The notes beneath the pieces are model-generated. The model did not search any database. It was given only the letters and a program-made list of their open reading frames with translations, and was not told where the DNA came from. Shown in pieces: positions 1 to 11,112 of a stretch of 64,000 nucleotides of DNA. Every line of letters starts with the position of its first letter. Position 1 is the first letter of the stretch. Both the position numbers and the translations under genes were made by a program. Origin of the DNA: Catajapyx aquilonaris (lineage: Eukaryota); NCBI GenBank assembly GCA_000934665.2, contig KZ538133.1, forward strand, positions 1 through 64,000, read 5' to 3'.

Positions 1-1221
1 CAACGACGGGTCTCTTCTGCCTGCGCACTCACTCACTCGATTTGTAAACAGTGGCAACAATGGAAGCGCTCTCCATGGGCTGATGTTTGAATTGACCCGC
101 CGGACGGGGTTGCCAGGGAACGGGCTACAATATAAGCAGCTTAGGCCGAATTTGTCAATAACTAAAACGACAAAAAAGTTTGATCACCCTGTATTAATAG
201 CCTACCAAGCAGACATACCATGAGTGGTAAATCTAGGCCTTATTCCTGATAGTCCTGAAGGTACTTTGCAAGCTTGTAAGGACTGAGGGTTGTGAGTTAA
301 ATTCAGGCCTATTCCGCATGGTCAGAACACAAAGTCGACAGGCTAGATTCTTACAAGGAGGCGACCAATAATTGGCTGCCTCCAGACCCTTCCCCACACT
401 TTCCACCTCAACAATCACACTTCCCCATTTCCACATAAACCTCCTGGTAGGCCGGAGATGGTCACCAAGGCAGTAGCAGTAGTGGAGGGATGTGGAATTG
501 TTGCAAACAACTTTTGCTCCTCTGTGCTTCCCTCTCGCACAAACTTGAGCAGTATTTTCAGACACCGAGTAGAATGATGGTAAAATCAGGGGTGACCACA
601 TTTAAAAATATTCCCACTGGTGAGTCACACCAGCATGCTAGTGTGCAGTGGGGTATGCTGGTATAAAGTGGGGTTTGTAGGTAGTTCTGATATATATTTT
701 TAAAAAGGTACATGGTGGCAGCAAGACCTGATTGAATGGACTTGTGCTGTGCTCCCAAGATTTATGACATGGAGTTCTATGACACTTCACTGAGACCATT
801 TCTCAGGAGCTTTGGAATAATCCTTGAAAGAGATATTCACAGTTATGGTGGCCTAGAGATGAACAACACACATGATACTGGCTGAGCCGATACCCCTGGG
901 TACAATGGCCTGCCGTTCCGCGCTACATGCAAAAATGTACTAAATGGCCAGACCAAACCTTATGCTAACCAGGACCAGCATTTGCTCACAACCATGGGTT
1001 CTGGAGAGCTTGCAAACCAATACTTACTGGCTGCCACACCTCTTTAAAAATGGTCCGCTATTCAGCCATAAAGCATTACACAATTGTGTTGCAAACCTTC
1101 TCCTTACCCCAACCCCCCCTGTATGACCTATAAAACAGTGTGTCATCGGTCAAAACCCCAAGTCACCCACTGGGCAACCGAGCATCTCCCTGCCCCTCCC
1201 CTGCCCATTGCGGTATAGTAC

Positions 1222-1552
1222 CTATAAGCGTGGCTCGGTGCAAGAGCACCCCTGAGGTGAGGTCGACGGCTGCGGCCGTGTCCTGCCCTGAGAAGAGCAG
1301 CAGCACGTTGAGTCCAGGGTGGTAGACCAGGGCGTGCCAGGCCTCCTCGGAGCCAGCCAGCGGGCAGAGGAGTCCGGACTCGGTCACGGGCACTGCGGGG
1401 CCAAAGTCCAGCTCCGGGACCGGGTGGTGGTAGTGGGGGCAGCAAGAAGTGTTGGGGACAGGGGCCGCCCCTGCCGCGGATGGTGGCGATGCGGACGAGG
1501 AAGCAGAGGCCGAGGAGGCCGGCCCCCACTCGTCGTCGTCGTCGCTCGACAT
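1222..1552 (-). CDS. BIRC6: First coding exon of BIRC6/Bruce-like IAP/ubiquitin-conjugating enzyme; rest of gene runs off the left edge
   Basis: GCC-ATG at 1552 encodes MSSDDDDEW...WHALVYHPGLNVLLLFSGQDTAAAVDLTSGVLLHRATLIG. This resembles the BIRC6 N-terminus as I recall it (LSYHPALNAILAVTSRGTIKVIDGTSGATLQASALS). The exon ends at a phase-1 donor ATAG|GTAC (1222/1221). No second exon recognised in 1-1221. Confidence 0.75.
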
Positions 1553-3327
1553 GGCCACCGAGTACCAGGAGGACAGAGTCCTTTTTTGATGGGGGTGGGC
1601 TGCAGTGCAGAACAGGTCTTGTAGTTGTGGTACCAGCCCAGCCAGCCAGCCCTAGAACAACGTTGCCTGCCCCGTCTGCCTTCTTTTCTTCCTCTCCCTC
1701 TTCCCTTCCCCCCCTCTCCTCCCTTCCCTATTCTGAGCCCAGCCTGGCTGGATGGAAGGAGGAGGAGGAGGAGAACACCCGTCCGGATGCCTGCTGGGGG
1801 ATCCAGGGGCCAATGCGCATGAGCAGCAGACATGTTGGATCCCAAATGAGATGGCGACGATGGCCATTGGTCGGAGAGGATGACATGACTGAATTGGGCG
1901 AGGACACAATATGGCGCAACTGGCAGGGGTGCCAGGGACAACTTTTCATTGCGTTTTTAAAGTTAAAGTGATGTTATTGGGATAGGGTCCTCATTAGAGT
2001 GTGCGGAGATGTGCAGCTGCACAGATAATGTGTGCGAAATTATTGTAGTTATAGTTAGGAGAGGTTTGGATGGTTGCCGTTAGGTGGGGACACTTCCATA
2101 TCCTGATGAACAAAAAATGGCGGGTGATTCGAGAGCTGCCCTGTGGGACACTTACCGATGTCCTTTACGACACCGAGGCTACCTGCATGGAAACAACAGG
2201 CGTTACGTCTGTAAGCACTACAGTGAACAGCAGATGAATGTTCGTCGCTGAACAGTGACACTTGATAGAAAATCATCATATATGGATACATGCTAAAATT
2301 TATCAATTACATTATTGAATGTCAAGAAATGTATGAACTTTCACTGAACATTCCTGTGCTACTGGTTGTTATTAAGCTTCGGGATAGAGAATACCTTTCG
2401 GGCTTACCTTATCTTCTTGTATTGGTCAGTTATTGTTCGTGCAGAAAATTCTGTGACAGGTTTTGTACTTGGGCCGTGACAGGTATTACTGTAGGCTACA
2501 TACTTAGTTGTTTCCAACATCAGGGCCATAATATTATAGATGGATAAGAATTTTGAACAGCTCCAGTAGATTTTTCTGTGCGACTTATAACACTGTTATA
2601 TTATGAGACTATAGATATTTAAATATAAATTTTTTAAAATCCTTGATGCCGACGGCACTTTACACTTCAGATTTCTCCCATTCTGTGGCAGTGTAAAAGA
2701 ACTCCAGAGTTCGTGTCATTCGAGTTAGGAAGAGGAATTGAGAACAGCTTGCTTGATCCCAACTAATCCGGACCCGGCGGGAGAGATTTAAAAACTTACT
2801 CCGGAATAGGTCTCAGGGAATGACGTCACATTTCCCCCCACAAGAATTTTCTTCTTGGCACTCTCCAAGCCACCAAAACCTTCCTCCTAAAGTTCGCAGG
2901 CTTTAGCGAGGCTCAAGAAGTAGAGAAGCATGCTGTGCGTCATTTAACACATAAGGAATGTGCCGAATATGTGACTAAAGAGACAAGTCTTTGATGCGTA
3001 CAAAGCTATGACACGTCATTATGACAAATTGCAGGTTGGAAAATCGTGTTATGGTGTGTCTGAACATCAGAAGATTGATAACATGTTCATAATATATCCG
3101 CGATGAAAACACACTTCTTTGCCTGTGATGAAAAATACAATATTCCCTTCTTGGGTACTCAGGAAGTGGGTTAAATATGGGTGACATAGGCTACACACAT
3201 TAAACCCATATACCAACAAATTTTGTGCTTTATATTAATAAGGATTCATAACACAAAAGTAAAATGAAGATCTCAGATTAGATTGTTAACGTTCTATAAT
3301 CCACTGTAGGTGTACGCTAGTACGCAG

Positions 3328-4662
3328 TCAATAACCCATAGCGCTTTTGCTCGTCGTCTTTGTTAAGGGTGTTCCAGCAGTTAGTTGTTCCGATATCATG
3401 GTTACGATGAAGTCTGTTAGCTTTTTCCATACGTCTTTCACTTTGGGAGTAATAACTACTGTAGGCTCATTTTGTATGACATCGGTCATCACTTTGAAGA
3501 TATCCTGTAAATGAAAGTCACAGGGTTGAAGTGTTAATCACCTGCAGAAAGGAAGACATATCCGATAGAGTTTTACCTTAAAAGCCTGAATGTCGTGTAC
3601 TCCTCTTTCTCTATGTTGCCTACCAAATTCGACAAGGAGAGACTTTAGAGAAGCCTCATTTTTCCCCGTATATCTTATAATAACGGAGAGTGTACTCATT
3701 ATACTAAATGCGTGACGAAGGAAGTGACTGTTTCCCGACAGTTCTTCCAAGGGAACGTCACGTATAGAAAAGAATTGCTGATACCGAGGATATCGTCGGA
3801 AAAATCTGAAAAAATACAAAATATACTGCTTCCCATATACACAGCTATTTCATAGTGTGTAAATGTAGGTAGTTTTTTTTTGTTGTCTTGGATTGTCTTT
3901 TGTCCCCCTCCCCTCCCTCTCTCATTAGGAAGCTATACTTACTCGAGTAACACAGCACTTCCAATTTTCTTCTTCAGTAATTTAACTTGGTCCCAAATAC
4001 TGTTTGCAATCTGGATTTCTTCTTCATTAAGAGATAGGTTCCAACATGTCCCGAAATGTATCTGAAACTAACATGAAAGTCTGTTTAGGTTAAGTCAACA
4101 GCCAGCAGAAACCATTCCGCGACGCCATTTTGATGTATTATGTTGAACCTTCTATCTATAAAAACTTGGCAGTGACTGTAAGGTATGTCCCAACTGTAGC
4201 CTATTCATATATCCAAAGACACCATAAGAATTCAATCTAAGATCACAGCAAATATTTTTAATAACCCTGAAGAGTAATTGCAAAAAGGACGTATTGCTTA
4301 ATGATAAGCCTATTATTGTCAAAAATTGCCAACCACTGCCAACAATTCAATATTGAAACACATTACATGAAATAATTTTGCAAGGCTGAATAAAAACCTT
4401 ATATCTCCTTATGATGAATGTCCGTACATCGTTATACACTACCGTCTTTAAGTAACACAGTGTAAGTGCTTAATTTTATCCTTTGAGTTTACCGTCTGAA
4501 GCTTTGAGATGGTATACTGTGGACAGTATCTAAATGGCTAGAGCCTTATGTACGGATAAAATTATGTAACCTGTACATTACGGGTATGTTTATACTCACT
4601 AAAATAAGAAATCCAAATAAGACCATGGAGTAGTGGTGTTGGCAGACGGAAATACTGGCCAT
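3328..4662 (-). CDS. Single-domain globin (haemoglobin-like) with N-terminal signal-peptide-like leader, 195 aa from the first ATG
   Basis: Exons 4662-4600, 4061-3943, 3805-3577 and 3504-3328, all GT-AG and phase-consistent. Spliced product: MASISVCQHHYSMVLFGFLILIHFGTCWNLSLNEEEIQIANSIWDQVKLLKKKIGSAVLLEFFRRYPRYQQFFSIRDVPLEELSGNSHFLRHAFSIMSTLSVIIRYTGKNEASLKSLLVEFGRQHRERGVHDIQAFKDIFKVMTDVIQNEPTVVITPKVKDVWKKLTDFIVTMISEQLTAGTPLTKTTSKSAMGY*. Globin hallmarks present: A-helix Trp, C2 Pro, CD1 Phe, E7 His (LRHA), F8 His (RQHR), H-helix Trp. Introns fall at B12.2 and G7.0. Confidence 0.92.
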
Positions 4663-4663
4663 G

Positions 4664-4700
4664 ACTGAATATATTCCTTATCACAGATTACTATTTAATA
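4664..4700 (-). promoter_or_regulatory. Candidate TATA-like box plus arthropod initiator (TCAGT) for the globin
   Basis: Minus strand reads TATTAAATAG (4700-4691), then TCAGT at 4668-4664, about 30 nt downstream. The TTCAG could instead be a splice acceptor. Confidence 0.4.
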
Positions 4701-7700
4701 TCCCTGTTATTGTAAAAGTAATCGGTAAAACAAGTCCTATTGTATGCAATACACGCAGCATGTAACAGTATACTTTTCTGATGGTATACCATTAAACACC
4801 GTAGACCTTAGGCCAGCAGGGTGACATTATGCCACAGCAATTTTTTTGCAATGAAAACTGAAGAGTCAAACTGTAACAAGTCTTTGTCAGAAAGGTATAG
4901 TATCATCAGAGGTTCCGTAACAGTGGTTTTATTGGAAAGTTTTTGTGCAAATTAAGCAATAATATAAAAATTGTACCAGAATAACTGCTCATTAGAGTTA
5001 CATCGATAATTTAATTGTACTCGCAATTATTGGATGATTGGTAAATTGTAGCCAGTGCCTGCCAAGCAACCATCGTTGGCGCCAATAACTTGTTGCCTTA
5101 TTTGTAGGAATTTATAGGACATTTCAACGCTGATACCATTATCTCAGTACTCTGTAGCTTATACCAAAAGAATTCCTTGACCCACTCAACACGATATACA
5201 TGTACTCACGTCGGATAATTTGAGTATAAACCTGGTCTTGACAATAACACAAAGTTATCTTTACCGCTGAGAAGTATATTGTTCAGTTGGTTAATCCCTT
5301 ACCAAGGAAAAAAAGTCCTTCAGTGTTCTGAATCAGGTAGGCCTCATGTCTAGGCCGAAAATGACAGCAACAAATCCTCATTGCTGTAATTTTTCGTTTT
5401 TCGGTTGCTGTAACATATTTATGCAATTGACTTGTCATAAATCATAATATACCACACCAAATGTCTATTTAGCAGCAAAATACTGCAGTGCCATTTTCTG
5501 CTCTTGTTTGTAGTTTCTGTGCCTGTAGTGTCTTTAAACAAAGTTACCGGTATATGATTTGATTGCCGAGAAATCTATTGAAGTCGATGTTTGGTTTTTG
5601 TTAAAATGAAGAAACAATATTTTAATATATGCTGGCATATGGTTGAGACTTTAAGAAAATTTATTGCCAGTATGCCCGTACGGAGTACTACAAAAACATG
5701 ATTTGGGTTAAAACGCTGATTTGAAGCATGACGAGAATCCAAAAAAGCGAACCAGTCGAATGCGAAGATCCATCACACACATCCTACAGAAAATAAATAA
5801 CAATTACGTATTGCAATTATTGGATAAAACATTACCGACCAGCATTTTATTATCCAGCCACTTACATGGGATATGCCTTCCAATTCCTCTAATAACTGTT
5901 GCCGCCATTTGTCATCCATCATTTCACTCAACTCAACTGATGTTCGGCAAGCTACAATGTCATGGTAGAGTCTGAGGGTGAAGCAAATCACAAATAATGG
6001 TTGTACTATAAATGATTATTATTGTTGCAATATACTGTACCACAGACTATACAAGCCCAGTATAAAATAATTTTGCTGAAACAATGGTTCTATAGCATCA
6101 CAAAAGAACTCACTCGCAATTCAGCTCTTTTCTTTTCTCTTCAGTTGGGGCGCTCCTTATTTTTTGATAATCTGCATGCAGTTGGTTTAAACACGGAGCT
6201 TCCTTGTGGTAATGCTGGGGGCAGCTTGTTCTGAGGAAAACTGTATAAATATTTTACAAAGGGCGTATTACGATTGGCTTTGATCATAGCATGAAATTGC
6301 AAAATCCCCTCAAGCACCATTTTTTTTCTCCCAGAAAAATATTCCGCCCCCAAAAAATGGGAATATTAACAACACGCCCCTTCCCGTCAGTATACTGTGG
6401 TGAATCATAGCCATAGCCGCACAATCAAGATGTAACTGCATATTATCTTAGTATAAATCAGGATGCCATGACGTGGCTGACTGAGGACGTCATGTTGAAT
6501 CTGTCGTTTAGCTTAATGACATATTGGGCCGATGACAAGGATCACGCATGTCACTATTCTCGGAAACATTTACATATCTGTCAATGCGTAATTTCCGATT
6601 GACTCATTTGTGGGCGTAATTTTTTAAAGATAATATCTGTGACAATGCAGCTACCGACACGCAAAGTAAAACCTAGGCCATTAATGAAATATTATTACAC
6701 ACTATGTTGTGAATGTGGTATGTGACACAGTGACCTAGATTCTGTACTCGAGACATGTTATGCTCTACCACCTGCCTCTTGAAATTGAAGCTGCCTGTAC
6801 GTGTCAAATTCACCACCCGGCGTACACGGTCTTGAAAATCAATGAACTGAGAAATGTTGTGCTATTATAGGCTGCATGGAACCAACTCTGAACGTTTTCA
6901 TGAAAGAAACAGTCTGGTGAATTTGAAGGGAAAATATTGGACTCACCTGTTAGCACAATTGCACAAGTCAACACCAACTTCATATTTCCTTTGACTAAAC
7001 TGCACAGCTCACTGAATTAAGCGTGTTCAGGTGAAAAAAAATTTCCAATATTGCTCTTGCCAGAAGAAAAGACTAATATTATGTCGCTTGGGTAAAGTGG
7101 AAATGCAAGCTAGCTTCAAAGCCGAACTTTACGCTTTGATAACGAGACCTTTTATCTCTACTTGGAAAGATAGACAGCAGGAGAGTATTGCTCACCTGCC
7201 TTCATCCATCTAGGTGGCGCCAGGATACTGATAAATTTCCCCCAAAATACCTAGACTTCCTGCAAGTTATCAGTACATTCGAGCAGAAGTTGGACTGGGA
7301 TACTTTGGCTACGCCCTATCCTGCTATTGTACCAAAGGACACACCTGGTGAAAATGACATATCTATTACCTTTAATACACTGTAATCTCATGCAATTACC
7401 AGCCGATGATCCTGAGTCTACTGATCTTGCCTGGATTTAGTCAGGACTGCACCTTATCAAGGAGTGTCCCTGGGTATACGACACGTATCAATTTGAGCAG
7501 AGTCAATTTCTCCACAAATTGCTCCCCGACGAGCATGTTGACCAAGAGACGACACTTCCCCATCCGATCAATGCCGTTCTATAATTCCAACATCAGGTCT
7601 ACAGCTGCACGAAAAACTGCATTATTTATTTGTAACATTCAATAGACCCCGCAGATTTATTCGGATAAGTAAACCTACAGGCATGACAAAAATAATGTCA

Positions 7701-10700
7701 TCCTTAAAATTGCAGTGTCGTAATCAACTAAGGGCAGCTGAGAAACACTCATACATTTAAGAGGATGGACGTCCCTGATATCAATATTGACCATGTAATT
7801 AATTACAGCAGGATGTGATATATCTTCCTGGAAAATATGGAGCCGTAAAATGTCTTGGGACACATGGATGGGAATAATAGTCTAGGTTTCTCAAGAGACA
7901 TGTGATCACGTGGGCTAATGGAGGTACTTTGCGAGTAAAGCCAGCGGGTTAATGGGTGTTAAAACCGTTGTCCAGAGGATGCATTATTTCCAAGTTTATG
8001 ACGTTTTAGTCCATCTGATAGATAGGTTTGTTGCACAGCAACTTTATATCTCCCGTTATTTTCTCCAGCATTTGCAATGTTCAAAGAGCCGCTTAAATTC
8101 TAAGTGGCAAATTAAGTTGGCGGTTAGAAATAATATCATGAAAAATCTAATAGGTACTGTAATATTACGATGATGCATGGTATTACGAAATTGAGAGGTT
8201 TTTTTTTAAAAAAAGTTATAAATACATTCCGGCATGCATTTATTTTTCATAAAGGAACAGAATTCTTGGCATTCGCGAAGGAAGCCCGCGAGTTACAGGC
8301 ACGAAACTTATTGACTTTCTTCGGTTGTTCGCTAAGTTGATCTACAGAAATGGTCTGCAAGAAACCGCCCAACTTTCTGGAATCAAACTTTACGTGAATA
8401 GATTGCAGAATACCAAGCAAGGCAGTCGGCCTCGATAGCTCGGCTGCACAATAAGTCAAGTTAAGTCTGAGTTATAGGTAGCTCAGGTGGACATTTACGG
8501 TTTCATCGGGGACAAAGAAAGTATGTTAAAAATAGCATCTTGCACTCTGGCAATATCGCCTGTGAATGGGATTTTAATGCATAAATATGACGCACGACAT
8601 GTCGCGACGTAATCAATAGATTGCATTGTCATTCATTTATGTGACTTGAATGTTGCTTGTGATCGCATTCATCGCAGCTGAGTCAAAATAGGGTCCATTC
8701 AAAGTATGTCACTTATAAGCAAGATAAATATCGCAATATTAAAAGCACCTTGCCTATTTTGAAAAGGTGAATAATAGTGTGAATTAGGTAAAAATTAAAT
8801 TAGACACAATATTGCGAATTTGTAACACCAATTTAATTTTTGTTTTAAAAAAACGTAGAGTTGGGGTTTGATTGACCGTACAGTATATGAACACTGTAAA
8901 TCTGGCTGGAAAAGGCTTCTACCACGAATAAAGTTTCCTTTGAAATGACTGTATATTTCCCACGACACAACTTATCTTCCAGCTTTCTAATTTTGATCAG
9001 CGACTGCCATTACCAGCCCACACAAGTCTTTGCTTGATTCTCACTCTAGATTTTACCATTCATAACTTAGGAGGCTTTGATCAACCCTTAAATTGCGTAG
9101 GTGTGCTGAAAAGTGCAAGTGCAATTTTTTTAAAAAAGTCTGGTTATGCAAAAAAAGACCAGTTATAATAAAGTTAGCTATAAAGTTCTCTAGCAGCCGA
9201 GTTAAATTGATTCGGTAGTCATGTAACAGGCTCGAAGTGAGATTTCAACTCAGATTGACAATTAGCTTCCGAGTTAAGTGGATTGTGGGCGCAACTCGCG
9301 TGAAATCCAATCCATTCCCAGTTAGAAACGAACTACCCACTCTCGAAGTCTAACCAATGAAAATGCCCCCATGGTTTCGAACCAAAGGAAATGAAGAGAA
9401 AAAAAAACCAGGGACTGGTTGAATGAAGGCCCTAGGGGATTTAATCTAAATCGATGCAACTCCTTGCGCATATTCTCTTTTTGCACCCCCCGCCATCCCC
9501 TTCTGCCCCACCCTTTGCCCCCACACCGTCACCAACCCCTTCAGAGCTCAACAGGTGATCAATATAATATTCCGGTACGCTGCACCCATGTCTACAACGT
9601 TCCAGAGGCTTCCAGGACGCCATTCAAGGGCAAAAAAGTTTTGGTCAGAGCCAGCTGGAGGAATGCATCTGGCTCGAGTTTGAATTTGTCCAATGGATGT
9701 CGAAGTCAGTGATTCGCATGCCCTTGTCGATTTGGAGGAAAGTCTTTCCTGGCCTATAGGACCAAAGGGAACTCATTGTTACAGCTAGCTAGCTTTTCTG
9801 ACAAAATATTGACATTGTGGTGTCAAACCTGATGAAATTTGGTGTGGAGGTCTGTTTGACTTGCACGTCTGTTACAGTTTGCAAAGCGCTTCTGGGAAAA
9901 GCCTGTTTACTAAAATGTGCGTATATGACTGCTCATGCTTTAGTATGAGTACAGAACTGGAGCTTTATTATAATGTGTTGTCATATAATTGCAGCCACTT
10001 TTTCTAGGAAAATCTATTAAAATCATATAAGTCTTCAGTTTAAACCAAAACATGTAAAGTAACAAACATTTCCTGCGAATTTTGTTGAGCAATAGGATTA
10101 GTGTCAGAGGCAACTTAATGCCTCTGGATGTAGTAATTACTTCACTAAATCAGGAGGATATTATTCCCTCAAGCTCTCATATTCACTTTGAGACATTTTG
10201 AGTTTTGAGATCTTAAGATGCTCGGAGGGGGAAAAAAACTACCAGTGGAGCTAAGCTTATGCGTTATTCACTTGACCCTCCATAGAAGTGTTGATAACTT
10301 GAGACTGGAGATGCTCCTTTCGCTTTCAAGCATGGGGCTGAGGCATGCTTGAGAATAGGAACCAGTTTGAGAGCTGCACTTTGGCTCGCAGAATCGAAGG
10401 ATTGTGCTCCCAACAACTGCTGAGAACCGCCTTATCCCATTCAACATTGTGCTTTTTTGAACACCTTTCGCAGACTCTCCACTGCACTGGAATTGGATAA
10501 AGGGAAACTATATGTTTGCTTGGAAATTCCGATATGCTCGTAACATTTCTGGGAAAGGAACGGAAAGGTGTGATACTATTGTTCTTCAGAACCAATTGAT
10601 CATAAAGTACAATATTATACCATTATTTTCAAGTAGCACAATTTGTGATTAAAATGTGATTATCTATGGGAAACTCAGTGGTATTGCGTGAATTTTTGCC

Positions 10701-10995
10701 TATAAAATCACGTAATATTGCACCTTCCCTTCAACTGCTTCAAGGTGAGGCAGGCATTCAAGAAGGTGCTACTGCATTCCATTAAATCGCGTTTCTTTGA
10801 TCACTCGAGTGTACGCCAAGAATTTTGCGTGAGTGCCTTAATCTGAAATGATATTGTGCACTATAAATAGCTCAATCTGACGGGGCTTCTCTCGCCGAAA
10901 AGCACTTGCCTTTGAGCAGCCATCTCTCCCTACACTGTAGCAATCATTAACAAAAAAATTCCATTGAAAATTCCCTTTGGAACCTTGGCCCCAAG

Positions 10996-11112
10996 ATGGC
11001 TGCCCTCCCTATTTCATGGGGAGTGGGGGATGGAGGGGGGCACCTGTTGCCCCTCCCTCCCACCCACCCTATGACGTCACAGGGCGCTCCGCCGTACCAG
11101 CGCCCAGGACAG
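10996..11112 (+). CDS. Candidate first coding exon A of radish
   Basis: CAAGATGG start in a GC-rich patch, encoding MAALPISWGVGDGGGHLLPLPPTHPMTSQGAPPYQRPGQ. Phase-0 donor CAG|GTGAAC is compatible with the phase-0 acceptor at 19367. TATAAA at 10862. Confidence 0.4.

Noticed and set aside
1143..1971. Many overlapping ORFs around BIRC6 exon 1
   Set aside because: GC-rich, low-complexity promoter/UTR sequence; only one frame has BIRC6 similarity.
5200..6810. Scattered RCGTG motifs upstream of the globin as hypoxia response elements
   Set aside because: A 5-mer at about chance frequency and not clustered.
7755..7815. RMDVPDINIDHVINYS resembling DEAD-box helicase motif V
   Set aside because: Isolated, followed by a stop, and no other helicase motifs nearby.
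8428..8495. GCCTCGATAGCTCGG tRNA-like 5' end
   Set aside because: No B box or T-arm and no cloverleaf; at most a decayed SINE head.
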